Assembly: GCF_964355755.1 (NCBI RefSeq)
Contig: NC_092678.1
Span: 24,383,365-24,447,364 of the forward strand
Direction of reading: 5' to 3'
DNA from: Antedon mediterranea
Lineage: Eukaryota; Animalia; Echinodermata
Length of the DNA stretch: 64,000 nucleotides
Shown here: positions 26,401 to 41,400 of the stretch, in pieces
Position numbering within the stretch: the stretch's first letter is position 1
Layout of the letters: each line of letters opens with the position of its first letter
Notes under the pieces: model-generated
Databases searched by the model: none
Told to the model about the DNA's origin: nothing
Seen by the model: the letters and a program-made list of their open reading frames with translations, nothing else
Program-made: the position numbers and the translations under genes

Positions 26401-29400
26401 TGGAGGTTGACAATATAACGTCTACTCTTAGTAATACAACTCATGTTCGTTTGCTAGTTCAAGGTAACTTATATTACAATTATTGTTTAACACAATCACT
26501 GATATATTTTCATTTCATTTTTTTGAAACTCTTTATTGTAGGTTTTATAATTGCTTGTGTGAAAATTCTATATCATTTGACAATAAGGTTTAGCGCAAAC
26601 AGCTTGATTTCGCAAGGAACGTCATTGCACAGTGCATGATTCGAAGAGTTTGCGAGCAAACGTCACAATGCGTATGCACAAACAACAAATCATGTACTGT
26701 ACGTACACACAACAAATCGCGTACGTACAGGTCGTGACGTTTGCTTCCAAACCTTTCCCACAATGGGTAGTGCACGCTATTTTCGATAAACCTTATTCCT
26801 TTAATACACTGTATTGTGTGACAATTCTTGTTCATCTTTATTTTGTGACAAAGTTTTAAACAAGGATTGTATCTTTTGTAGATCCTGAACCACCAACTAA
26901 ACCACAAGAGGTTGCTAACCTTGTGACTCCAAATGAAATACAGGTGATGTGGGGGCCTGGAAATGGTCTTGATGTCTTGAGAGGATTCATTGTGGAAATC
27001 AGGTGAGTCAATGACCAAGCAAGTCTGTCATTGTCTGTATACATGACTTGAGTGCTTACCATAGCCAAAATAAAATTGTCCCATATTGGCAGATGTTTAA
27101 ATAGTTAATGTGGGCATGACAACCCTGCCAATTCAAGTCAAAATAAATAAAAAAAGTATAAAAAGAAAAATAATAATAAAAAAATAATATAAAAAAGAAA
27201 GAAATAAATCCAAACAATCAAAACTAAAGCCAAACCATCTGTGAATACTGCCACCACACTGACTTGTAATAATCAATTTCTATCTGTAAAATGCTTGAAT
27301 ATAATTAATTTTAATAATTTGTGTTTTTTTCACAGGAGAGCTGATAATTCAGTATGGAGAAACCTAACAAATCAACGACAGGGACCAACTGCAATAATGG
27401 CCAAAGCTACTGACCTTGAACCATACACTGAGTACTTGTTCAGAGTGACCGCCCTCTTCAATGGCTATTCAAAAGTTAGCCCAGTCTCTGATCCAATCAG
27501 AACCAAACCAGGAAGTACGTCATTATCAAATATGTTTATAATTGAATAAATCATTTAAGCTCTGTCACAGACAAAATGTGATGTGCACATGGACATAATA
27601 ATGTCATATCACTACCAAATTTAGTATATTACTACCATATTTGGTCACATCACACTTTTTTTGTCAAACTAAATTGATAGTGTAGAAAGAGCTTAATTGT
27701 TTGCGAGTAAGTGAATGTCTGTCATGTGATCAGTCACTAGTAGCAACCAAACACAAAGTCATGTGATCAGTCACTAGTAGCAACCAAACACAAAGTCATG
27801 TGATCAGTCACTAGTAGCAACCAAACACAAAGTCATGTGATCAGTCACTAGTAGCAACCAAACACAAAGTGTTCACATAATATTACCTACATTATAACCG
27901 TTGGGATACTTTCTTTTGAAACGAACAAGGCAACACCATATTATGGGATACTTTGCTAGGACCTGAAGGTGTCCCATTAATGGAATTTTATTGACCATAT
28001 TATGGGATACTTTGCAAGGACCTGAAGGTGTCCCATTAATGGACTTTTATTGACCATATTATGGGATACTTTGCTAGGACCTGAAGGTGTCCCATTAATG
28101 GACTTTTATTGACCATATTATGGGATACTTTGCTAGGACCTGAAGGTGTCCCATTAATGGACTTTTATTGACCATATTATGGGATACTTTGCTAGGACCT
28201 GAAGGTGTCCCATTAATGGACTTTTATTGTATTAACAATATTCTTTTTTAGAAAAGACGGTTAATTCTTAGGAATTACTTTCTTAATATTTAGAGTCTAT
28301 TCCTTTTTTTTGTGCAGAACCTTTGGCAGTAGCAGATGTTGTTGAGGCACACGCTATAGATGCCACTTCAGCTAATTTTACATGGTTGGCACCAGATGAT
28401 GACATCAGAGGGGTGTTGGTGGGCTTTAGAGTACAGTATATATATTTTGAGGGGAGTAATATGGTGCTAGCTACTAAAGATGTATCGTACAATAACACGG
28501 TTAGTTCACTTGTAGTATAAGCTTAGTTCCCACTAAGATGCAATGCAAGTATGTAGTCTATTTCATGCCTTGCTTACCTGGATAAACAACAATAGCCTTA
28601 TTCTCCTTGAAGAGCGAAATATACTCAAAAAGTAGAAAATTCAATGAACACCCCTCTCCACACTGCAAGCAATTTTAGCAATCATCATACGATGGATCAT
28701 GAGAGCTTACTGTAGTTCCCACTTGGACGTAACATAAGTACATAGTCTATTTCGTGCCTAGCTTACCTGGATAAACCAACAATAGCCTTATTTTCCTCGA
28801 AGAGCGAGTATAAAGTTCAAAGTTGAACACCCCTTTCCATAAATGCACGCTGCAAGCAATTACGCAATCATGATACGATGGATCATGAGAGCAACAACAA
28901 CAATCTAATACTAATAATGTTCTTTCTTTTTGTCTTAAGAGTTTGCAACAGAAAACAGTTGTTGATAATTTAAGGCCGGCAACAGACTACAACATCTCAG
29001 TTGCTGTAAAGAACAATGCTGATGAGAGCATTGCCTTTGGAGCATACAGCAGCGCTCTGTCTATCAGGACATTTGAATCATGTATGTATAGTTAGAAAGA
29101 TGTTTGTTTTCATGTTAAAATCATTTAGCATCGTAAAGGGACTCATTGCTTCTATTTAGAATTAATTTCCAGATGTGCTGTCTGAATGTTGTTCGCATTT
29201 AGGCCAATGGAAATGAAAGATTACTTAAATCTAAAGCCCTGTCTACACGATCAAATGTGATGTGCCCATATATGGACATGATGATGTCATATCACTACCA
29301 TATTTGTGCACATCACACTAGTTTATTGTATTTTTTCTTGCAGTGCCTGGACCACCAAGTAAAGTACAAGTAATTTACTATACTGACACATCAATTGTGT

Positions 29401-32400
29401 GTGCCGTTCTTTCTGTTCCTAACCCCAATGGAATTATCTTGAAATATGAGTTATACTATAGAAAAAAAGGCGACGGTATTTGGATACCCAAAGTAGATGA
29501 TAAAATGATCTTCACCATTGAAAACCTAGGTAAGTACTTTATTTACCATGATTAAAACGTTCCTGGCTAGCAAGGAGTATACTTATCTAACAAGTTGTTT
29601 AGCATCAACAAGCGACAGGCTCAATTGCATCCAAATTAGGTGGTTACAATCAGTACGGAAAGATGTACCACCGTTTTATACTACTATATTAAATAAATAC
29701 TCTTGGCCTATAAATGTATACACTGATACTAAACACTGTAGAACTGTACACTGTGTACATTAAGAATTGCTAAAACCTTTATATACTGTAGCACCCTCTA
29801 TTAAACCATCGAAATTTTCCATGATGTAGAACCTTCAGTACAGAATCCTTGACCCTTAACCTATGGTATACATTTCTTAAGTGACCTCAGGTCATTCCAC
29901 TGTTTCCAGACATGAGTCATGAGGATATTCCCAAGGAATGAGTCATACAGTAATCCCATGGGAAAATTCCATATTTTCACAGCTGTCTTGTGATAATAAT
30001 GATAATGGATATTATGATGATTCTCCCTTTGGATGAGATGTTAAGCCATTGGTTCTCTGTGCATAAGAGTGTGTACAAAAAAAATATTGTGTACAGGCAT
30101 TCAGAATTATTTATCTGTGGCCTGCGAAAAACAAAATTTGTTAAAATTCAACAAAAACTTTCAGAAGCCTAAAATCTTTTGAACGAATCATAATAACTAC
30201 CGTATAGCGCCATCTGTCAATCCATAACCTGAGCAGGGTATAATATAATGTAGCGCCCTCTATTCACAAGAGCATCCTGAATGAGGTCATCATCAAAGAG
30301 TGGTGAGGTCACATCCAGTTTAGTCTCCATGCAGGATGTTCTGTTATGTCTAAGCTTACTTATCTTGAGACCTAGCGTTTCCTGCCGTAGGAAAATGTAA
30401 CTTAAATTGTGAATGTGTTTTTAACGGTGAGTTGTCCTAAATGTCTTTAATTTATAAACACTCTTTATAGTAGTAAATTCTAATACTTGGATTGGAATAT
30501 TATTTGCTTTAAATGCTGGATTTATAGGTTTGATTGTTAGTGTAATTTGATATATTTGTTCACACAGAAGTGAGTGAATTATGTTGTTAAATACTTTCTT
30601 TAAGTTTTTCAATTCTTTCTTTCGGTTTGAAAGTAGTATACTTTCTTTAGATTTCATACTTGCAGTTTAGTTGAGCTCTTTATTTATTAATACTTTCTTT
30701 TAAGTTTGATAATTTTATTTTGTCGACGACCGTACGGTTGCAGTTCTTGTACAACCACTCAAAACTTTTTTTTTCATACGCATCCAACAGCGAGTAACTT
30801 GCCAATTAAAGGATCGATAAACTATTTAATAATTTATCATGCTTATTTTTATAAACTAGGCCTAAGTCTCATTTGAGGCTTTGGGAGTGGAGTTGAAAGA
30901 GTCGTGTACAACCCTGGCACTTGGTTAGGAATGAATCGTTGTATAATGCCCTTGTTGTAGGATTCATAGTGGTGAACCTGCTGTCAAGTGAAATGTGTAA
31001 ACAAATCATGATTTTAAATTAAACAAAAATCATTTTTTTAATCTTATGAAAGAGCGCATCACAATATACACTATGATAACATGGCGTTGTTGTTAGTTCA
31101 TAGATCAGCCGTAGTAGGACTACACACCCACTGGTGTTTCACAGTGATCATCAATAAATCAAATAGTTCAAACATGGATTTTCACAGCCTGTTATTATTG
31201 ACGCCTGATTAGTGCTTTGTCAATGAAGATTCATATTTGTATACAATCTACTTCACTGTTCAATGAGCATGGTTTTATAGGAATTATAAAATACTTTAGT
31301 GCGTTATCTTAGATTCGTACCTTGGCGTTCATTTTATAAAAGGTAATATTGAAATGCTTTAGTATTGGATAGGATTTTCCTTGCTCACTGAATGACCCTA
31401 CAGTAAGGCACATTGGGCTGGTTTAGGCTTAGTTCCCACCCAAGTGAACCTAGATAGCTATCTGCCTGAATGCACCCATTAAAAACATTACAGTTATACC
31501 CCTTCACATCACCTAGCAAAACTCTGAAGTTGGCTCACACACGCCCACCATACAAAACGCTGTTGTCAACAACCATGTTTATGTAAACTCGGGAGTTGGC
31601 TAGGTGATGTGAAAGCAGTATTACTCCAGTGTGAACAGAGCTTTAATCTTATGGACACAAAAGATTGGTGGAGTGTGGGAAAAGTGTTAGCAGGTAAATG
31701 TTACAGACAATAGGCAGCTGTGTGAATGGTTTTTTTGTAAACAATTCAGATAGAATACAAACATAACTACAATGTGCATTATAATAATTGATCTACAATA
31801 TTATCATAATGTATGCTGTTATAATTTTAGTAGAAAGAATTGTATAACTAGAGTCATTATGTTTGTACACTGTATTCCTCTATTCAAGGTCGTTTACAAC
31901 TGAGTAATTTTTTGTTGTACTTTTAAACTTTTAGTCATTTTATCAATTTTGTTATGAATGCAGCAATTGATACAGAAAGAAGCTGAGGTCACTAACAATA
32001 CCAATTTAAATTTGGTTCAGACTGTGTTCTGAGTCACTTCTCTGTTTTGTATGCCAACAAAATTAAAGGTTGTATGTATGTAAACTAAAGCTCTGTCTAC
32101 ATTATCAAATTAACTAGTAAGTTTGACACAAAAAGTGTGATGTGCCCAAATATGGTAGTGATATAACCAAATATGGTAGTGGTATGACATCATCATGTCC
32201 ATATAGGGGCACATCACATATTGTCACATAAAGTTTGATAGTGTTCAAAGGATGAACAGACAAGCCAACACAAACTAATCAAAAAAACAAGAAATCAAAT
32301 CAAGCCTGACAATTTGGTACTCATTCGTGGGCTGTCACGTCTTAAAGTATTTCCAGTGGTATGTAGTTTGGTACTCATTTGTGGTACGTATGTAGTACTA

Positions 32401-35400
32401 GTAGTAAACCAATAGTCTAGTCATTTTAACTTTTTTGAAAACCAGCAAATAGTATGATCATTGATCAGTATAAATAGTCGGCTGCCATTTTGATATGCTA
32501 ATTACTTTGCAAATTGTAACTGTTTTCAATATGAAAGCCCATGGGCCAATATCCCACTCTAGATCTTAAAAAACATTCATATATGCCATCTAGAAGTCGA
32601 ATGTTAAAGTATAAAGTTCGGGCAGCAATTTTGGATTTCTGCAATTCAGGTATCAATAGTGTAGCAGTTTTCGGAACTAAAAAAATGCATTAATTGTGGT
32701 GGATACAAATTCTGTTGTAAACAATTAGTTTGACTGAAGTTGTCTACTGTACAATGGCTTTCTGTAGTTTTCCTTGGAAGGGTGTGCTCTCTTTAATTTC
32801 TCCCAAAGCAGGACTTCTACACGTCAGTGGCTCTCCAATTATGTAGGAAATATTTAGAAATTACAGAATAGTAAATATTCATTAAACATGTTGAGTTAGT
32901 CATGGCTGATAAATTAATTGGAAATCAAATGATTATAAATGGCTAATTAGATACTGTTTGTTCAGACAAACCAGTGCATAACTAATCCGGGTCACTTACA
33001 AAAAACTTTGCTTTTACAGCCAGCAGAATGAATCACTTGTTTTTATTTTTTTAATAAATTCATTAATTTTTTAATCATTCATATCTAGGGAACATTTTGC
33101 CAGGGTAGAATAAGAAAATGCTATCATAATACTCATTGTTACATATTCATATAGCAAATATGCAGACTGAATTTAGATCAATAACCAATTTAGATCAATT
33201 ATCAATTTAGATCAATAATCAATTTAGATCAATAATCAATTTAGATATATTTTCAATTTAGATCAATAATAAATTTAGATCAATAATAAATTTAAATCAA
33301 TAATAAATTTAGATCAATAATCAATTTAGATCAATAATCAATTTAGATCAATAATCAATTTTTGCGAGTATCAAACGGTTATTTTTATCCTTAGATTTTC
33401 ATTTTCTTTGAAATGCTTTTGAGTGGTACTTTCCGAATTATCATCCAAAGTACAGTAGTATATAGTATTTCTAAAGTTATTACAAGTATTAATTATCATA
33501 TATGACAATAAATTAGACTTTTCTTTTCTTCACATTCACGTTTATATTGCAGTAATTCTTTGAATGCATTAGCTTGTTCTCATTTCATTAATGACTTTAA
33601 TTTTTAAAATCTAATTGCTAATTTTCTGTTTCCCTTTTTGTTTTACTTTAGAATATATTTCCTGGTTAGTGATACTGTATTGATTTCAGAAAATTACTAA
33701 TCATTTGAATGTAATTCTTTAAGGCTCTAGCAAATATTTGAATTAAGAGTCCTGTGGTGGTAACTCTGCAGTAACAATGTGGTTGGTAGCTATAAGTACA
33801 CTTCCTACACCTTTCAATAGAGCAATGATCTTATCTTTTAAATTAACCCATATCACATAAATTGTGATGTTTTTTTAAATTATTCGGTACTAACAACATG
33901 TTTTGATTTTTTGTAGAAACTTTCCAAGAATACGAATTAACAGCAGCAGCTAGAAATTCAGTAGGTCTTGGACCAAGAGGAGAGGTACTTGACACCAAGA
34001 CAGACACTGGCCGTAAGTAAATCATTTTTTAAACCGCTTTGTTTTTCAACGAGATCGAGGAAGAGAGATCTCTCAAAATATGGGAAACTCTCAAGATTAT
34101 TGAGAGAATTGGAAGACCACTGCTAGACCTACCAGATTGCAAGAAGTATGCATTATACTTCTGTTCGTGTGCTTGGTCGACATTCTTCTTTGAGTGTTAT
34201 TTCTACCTCAGACAGAAAATATGCAAACAGAGATGTAGTTACAGATATTTTAGGTACTTGTTTCTTATTGAGATATAAGGCTAATTTACACAGACGAGCG
34301 GTAACTTAGTGTAAGCGAAAAACCGTAAGCTTGTCCAACATATTATCTATCCATCCGCTCCGCGTTTTGTGTAAATGGTCATAAGGAATAACATAGGTTC
34401 TATATTTGTTATTACAGTATATAGTCAGTTGAAACTTTGAGTAAGTAAGTAAATTTATTGTCATTTGTAAATATATCAAAAAACATTAAAATTAATTTAA
34501 TGGTTTTGGCTATAAAAAAAAGAACTTAAACTACTGTACATGGTGAGATTATCCCCTGCCGCCGGACACCTTCCTTGGTACTTCTAGAACTGGTACTTCT
34601 AGAACTGGTTTCGGGGTTGGTAACAAACTAACAAATTAATATCAACTTGCTTTACTGAAACTCCAGTATAAAAGGTGCCTTATGTTAATATCAACTTGCT
34701 ATACTGAAACTCCAAATCATTGTTAGGATATGATCAATTATGAATCATTTACTATGAAAGGTAAACATGTTTCCAGATGAAAAAAAAACATATTTCACAA
34801 TTATCACCATAAAAGGAGAATGCAGGTAATTTATATATAAATTTGCAATATTTTTGTTGACATAAATTTGTTGAGAGAATGTATCTTTCTTGGACCGAGT
34901 ATTCAGCTCAGTATTTGTAAGATCAACTCAGCTTTGATAGCTTTAACAAAAAGAAAAGATAATATTAATTAAGTAAAGAACATATAGTTTGCATTCATTT
35001 TGTTAGCTCATAGAATATTTCTTTTTTTATTAAGTTATTTTTCCCTATTTACTTCTTTGAGTATCTGGTTTCACAGAAACATCTGTTGGTCCCTAAATAG
35101 TGTAAAGTTTAAAGCTTCTTCTGGCATTATGCCAGGACCTTTTATTGAAAGGGAGTGGGTGGTGGGGGGGGGGGGGCAGTGTTGAGGAATATCAGGCCTG
35201 AAAGTGGAAACAAACGACCCAGAGGCTCAATGAATTATGAAACCAAAAGTTTAGGAATAATACAAAACAATTAGCTATAATTATCTACTATATATTTATT
35301 ATTTAGTTTATAACATCCTCAATGCTTGTTTGTTTTTTTGTAATGAATAAAATAATTATATTATAGTTTCATTTTAAAAAATAAATAATTTTATATTGGA

Positions 35401-38400
35401 GCTATTCAAATTTGAATAATCTTTAAAATGATCTGTTGACTGGATCTAATACATGACCAGCAGTGTTAAAAAGCAAAAAGCTCATTTAAAGCTATAAAGT
35501 TCTGTTTACACTATCAAACTTTGTGTGAGAAAAAAATGTGATGTGCCCATATATGGACATGATGATGTCATCTCACCACCATATTTGGGCATTTCACTAC
35601 CATAATTTGGGCATATCACATTTTATTTTGTCCATCTATAGTGTAAACAGAGTTTTAAAAAGTCAGAGAGAAAAGCCGTTCTTTTTTAAAAACATTATGG
35701 CTACTGTAAATGATTTACCAATTTTAAAAGGTGGAGATGTATAATACACAGTTGAAGTGGAACAAAATAAAATACATATTATTAACGGTATAGAAGCCCA
35801 CGTCAATTAGGTAACGTCATAGTAACGGATGCGATAATTAGTTGACTTCCTGTTAGATAGTCAACTGTATCTCAACATGCTAAGTGCACGTTGAGCTCTA
35901 AATGTTTTAGACTACATTCACTAATTTATCACATTGTATGTTTTGAATTATGGTAGAACCCATTTAAGGGACACTTTTGGGACCCAATGGAGTATCCCCT
36001 TTAATAGGGTTGTCCCTTGAATTACGGATTTACCGTAATATTTACATATTTACATTTGTTCGTTTATAGGAAAGTGTCCCCTGGTTCCAGATTAATGTTT
36101 GATTTTACACTAATATAATAAAAGATTATATGCTCTATCTCTAACAAAACATTTGTTTGGTCAATTACTGTGCAATAATATTTTTAATCAATTTAATTAA
36201 ATTAAATTAAAATTAAAAAAATAAGTAAATAAATAAAATAAATAAATTAAATAATAATTAATATGTAAATAAATTGTATTTTTGTAATCGTAGTTTAAGA
36301 AATTCCGACCTATTTTGTATATCGTTCATTTTATTTTTCTATTTTATGCGATTTTAATTAATGTACAGTAAGAATATTTATAACTTAGTTTAAGAAATCT
36401 TATTTCGAATAATTTGAGGTTACTTTTGTAATTATTGCTTATGATGTTTGTCTTTATGATGTGAAGCACCTTTGAGCATGAGTTTTCATGAAAAGGGCGC
36501 TATAGAAATCTGGTAAATAAAAATAAATAAATAAATAAATTTCAATGTTCTATCAACAAAAGCCGGGACAACACTCTTTTAGTCACTACGGATTGACTTT
36601 CTTCATCAGTGCTTTTAAGAAGGGATGAATTTTGGGAGCAGGAACGCTAGTAGACCAAAGCCAGTACCATTTTGATTTCGATCATTCGGGAAATCTCCTC
36701 ATGACGTTAACTATAATTTTGTATCTCTTTTATTTTCAGCTGCAAGCCAGCCTCAAAATGTAAAAGTAGAAGTTTTTCGAAACTTTTTTCTAGTAACATG
36801 GGATCGACCCAGCATCTTTTACGTTAACTACACACTTTACAAAGTTGAACTTAAACGTGTGGATATTTCGACCAATGGTACGTTCATGTCGATGGTGTCG
36901 ACAGAATTCTATGAGCACGCCATCGACCAAGATATGTCTGCAGAAGAAACGTATTCTGTTACGATAATTCCAGTCACAGAAAGCACTTATAATGCAAATA
37001 CGTATGATGGCGAACAATCAACTCCAGAGGTGTTTACTGTTACCAAGCCTATAGGTAAGCTATACAGACCTGTGCAATATCTATACCTGATATGGTTTTT
37101 ATCCTGTATAAATATGTTTAAATAAAAAACTGTTTTTCCTATTAAATAACTCACCTTAAAAGTAAGAGCTAAGACAAGTACTGTATTTGGCTGACTCCCA
37201 AGTTCATGTAAACATAGGAGCAAATAAACACAATGTACATTACATTAATAATGCAATCTGATTGATATCCCTTGACACCTTGACACCCCCCCCCCCCCTC
37301 CTCATATTTTGTGCCAAATTTCATATCCAGGAACTATACACATTTATGGTAACTGTTAATAAAATAGAAAACTAGTATTGAAAAAAATAAACTTGATCGA
37401 AACGTCGAGAATCTCAACAGGTCTTTTCAGAACTTATATATGTGGTGTACCGCAAACTTTATACCAACATTTGATTTCGACATGCAACCTCTAAGCAATA
37501 AAAAAATAAACATTAAGAAATTGATCTGCCAAAGGGAAATTAATTACAGTATATTATAAAAAACAACATAAATATTTATGAATTACTAAGAAGATACACT
37601 ATGAAGTTGAAGTATCTATGTTATAAGGAAACTGAAAGCTGTTGTGTTTAAAACAAATTGAAACCGCTTCAATTGTCATCGCCTCATCAAGTTCACTTAC
37701 TTTCATTCAGTATAGTTTAAAATGACTTCGTTGAAATGTAAGCATATTCTACTTCCTTTAAAATAATAAAAAAACGTTCTGGATCTGGAGTCACATTAGA
37801 TGTTAAACAACCTTACTAATTATTGACAGTGATAAACAAAGGACGTAACTGTCAGGGGTGTGAATTTTGACCTGTTTCTGCTGTTTTTACTCAATTTTGA
37901 CAGCATTGGAAACTTATATAAAGACGTTATTTTATGGTGTATTTGTTGTTTTCTTTTTTAGCCACGCAGAACCCAAAACCTACCATGATGACAACAACCA
38001 TTACAGGCCAGTTGGATCGTAACTCATCAGATGGCAACGTAGGCCTAGCTGTTGGATTGATATTTGTCTTTCTATTTATTATAGTCATCATAGTGGTTTT
38101 AGGCATTTACTATATGCACAGGTTAGTATTTTTAGGCATTTACTATATGCACAGGTTAGTATTGTTAGGCATTTACTATATGCACAGGTTAGTATTTTTA
38201 GGCTTTTACTATATGCATAGGTTAGTATTTTTAGGCTTTTACCATATGCACAGGTTAGTATTTTTAGGCATTTACTATATGCACAGGTTAGTAGATAGTA
38301 CTGTATATTTTTAAATTGTATATTTTGTATTCATTCATAGAACATTGTTCATTTCCTAATATCAATGTTTATGGTGAATTAAGGAAGTGATGTGTCTTAC

Positions 38401-41400
38401 TAGCAGACAAGGTGTCACATTGGGTTAAACGATGGACCTATGAAAATCTAATTTTATTGCTCCATGGTTAAACTATGTCAAAATATACATGTTTCTACAA
38501 TTTGCAAATTTAGTCTTGACAGATGGTTAAATTTTACAGTTTTTAAATATTTTTAATACCAGTTATTATTGTTTTATATTCAATTGAAGATTTGTTTGTT
38601 TTTTCAATATTTTTATTTAGTTCTGGCTATTCCTTTGAGGATTTATTTAATATGATTCAGGAATTTTTCCAGAGGCATTTCCAGTTTATTATTAGGTTCT
38701 TTAGAATTTTAAGAAGGTACTTTTTATACCAGTATTTAGCATCTTAACAAGATTGCGAGTATTTGGAAAAAATTGAATGAACTTGCTTGACCTATGACCC
38801 CCGTTAACTTTTTAATCTTTGCAACAAATGTTCATTATTTATATCAATATTATTGAACTTCTTTCAAATTTAACTATAAATAATATTATCTGAATCTGAA
38901 ATATTAACAATGCATGGTGGGAAGGATTAACATTGATACTGCATTGTAATGCATGGAACTTGTTTTCAAATTGTTTGTGTGTTCTTTTCTCCAGCCCAAT
39001 GAAGGTGTCCTTCATGCTCATATTGTTTGTGTTTCTTTTCTCCACACCCATTGAGGGTGTCCTTCACAGCACGTACTTGGATACCCGATTGATTGACTTA
39101 TTGATTGAATAGTTTAGAGTGCATGATATTGATAGTAGATTTTACAAAAGTTGATTTATTGATTGATTAGTTTATTGATTTTATTGGTTGGTTGATTGAT
39201 TAGTTTACTGATTTTATTGGTTGATTGATCGATTAGTTATTGATTGATTGATCGATTAGTTATTGATTGATTGATCGATTATATATTCTCTGTAGATTAT
39301 CAGACCATGCTCGAAGGAAAATCATGAAAGTTATTTACAGGTAAAGAAAAAATGACTAAAAATGAAAAAAAGTCAAATTTGCATAAAAAAAATTCTGGCA
39401 TGTATTATTAACATGTTTGATTTCCCATCATCCTTCACAGTTTATTCGTGTCAGAGATCATGCATTCCTTGTTTTTATACCTGAATTTAACTTTTTGGTT
39501 TTGCTTGCTCTCTTTCTGTATTAACCTTAAAGAAATGTTACAATTGCATGATTATTATTTTTTTCAGAATCAACGATTAGAAAAACCGATTTCTCAATAA
39601 CAAACTTTATTTAATTCACGACAACAATACTTTAGATAGGACAGCATCTTGTACCTGTATCACACTTTCTTCTAAACTTATTTTAACTACAAACTATCTA
39701 CAGATTTCTAAATACTCGCATTCATATAATGACTGCATTGCCAGTCATTATAAGAAGCAGTAATGTAATGATGTGTATAGAATGGTTTCTGCAGCATCAT
39801 CTGGTAGGAATATCCCTTTGGGATTAAGGATTTACAGTTAATAGGAATATCCCTTTGGGATTAAGGATTTACAGTTAATAGGAATATCCCTTTGGGATTA
39901 AGGATTTACAGTTAATAAAAAGATATCTTATGATGTCTTGAATGGTTTTGTTAGTATGTAATATACAGTATTCCAAAGTTTCGTAAATTAAACATTAACA
40001 TTTTTCTTTTATAGAATCCGGCGTAATGATCCGTCAGACCCGCATAAACCTGGAAACGGTCCAAGGATAACCAGTGTATTTGATGAGCCAGGTAAGTGTA
40101 CAGTATTAGTACCTCTTTTAAAACGACCTCCATTCTCGAACTCAAGAAGGTCACCTTAGATGAAACCGCCTAAAGATTTGTCCTGATATCTTCTAAAGAA
40201 GGTCTGATTGTAACTTTTTTAATAAATCAATTTCTATTTCCCAATAAAACAAGTAAAGATTCAATGTAACCTATTCAAAAACAATTGTACCATAAACAAT
40301 TGAACAAACTTATGAAGATAAGCTTCTATAATTTACTGTATAAAAATGATTGTACAATATTGGAAATAAGAGATTTCCTATTTAAAAAAAATTGGCCTTT
40401 GTGGGTCATGTCGCACTGTAATCATTTATTTGTTCATAATCTGTGAAATACCTGACTGGTACAATCTTCTCATCTCCATTCCTTTGCCAAGAGAGTGCCA
40501 TTGTCAAACCGTAGCTATCGAGGGCGCACTTCATTCCGATTTTGGAAAAAAATGAGATTTTGATACTTTTGTTATGTAATCTCCATCCTGTACTGCATTT
40601 CCTGCTGCTCATGATCACTCGTTTAAAAAAATAAAATGTGTCCTTGTAAACATACATGCATGTGACGACGACGACGACGTAATGTGAGTGATTTTAAATA
40701 TTGAATTTCCTCGTGATTCCTCCCTGTTTGTTTTTTTAGGTTTTTAATTACATAATTCTTATTTCCTTATTTCCTTCTTAGAGCACTTAATACACTACTT
40801 ACCTTTGGTGTAGTATACTTCTGGTCTTCCTCACTGTTTGGGTGTAAAACGTTTTAATTACAGAAGTGTTAATTTGATGTAAAACCTGTAATTATGTACA
40901 ATTACACCTGATTTAATTAACGAACTGATAACTAATAATTACAATTCTTTACTTTAAAATCTTTCTTAAATTACTTATTTTGGTGTAATAACATAAGCAA
41001 AATTGATTTGGTATAGTGCTTTCTCCTATTCATTTATGTAATTTTTAATTTCTATGGACCAGAGATTCCAAAATAAAAGATTGAATGAATGAATACAACG
41101 TTTTACTGATTATTTAGAATTAAGAAAACAAAAATGTTTTAAATACATTTAAGATCTGGTCATCTAACAGGAGCTATCACCAATAGCCCTTGTATGTTAG
41201 TTGGGCCTTCATCCCAAGGTGACTTTGTTTGGGTAGTAGACTTACTGTAAGCATGATTGTTTTCATGCCTGTCAACCCTAGGTTTCTGGCTTCAAATACT
41301 GTTATATTTCCAGTATTCTCATGACTAAAAATAGGTGATTACCTCAGCCTTCATACAATACAAAGATTAGAAGTATTGTCTATCATTCTGCCTCAGTGAA

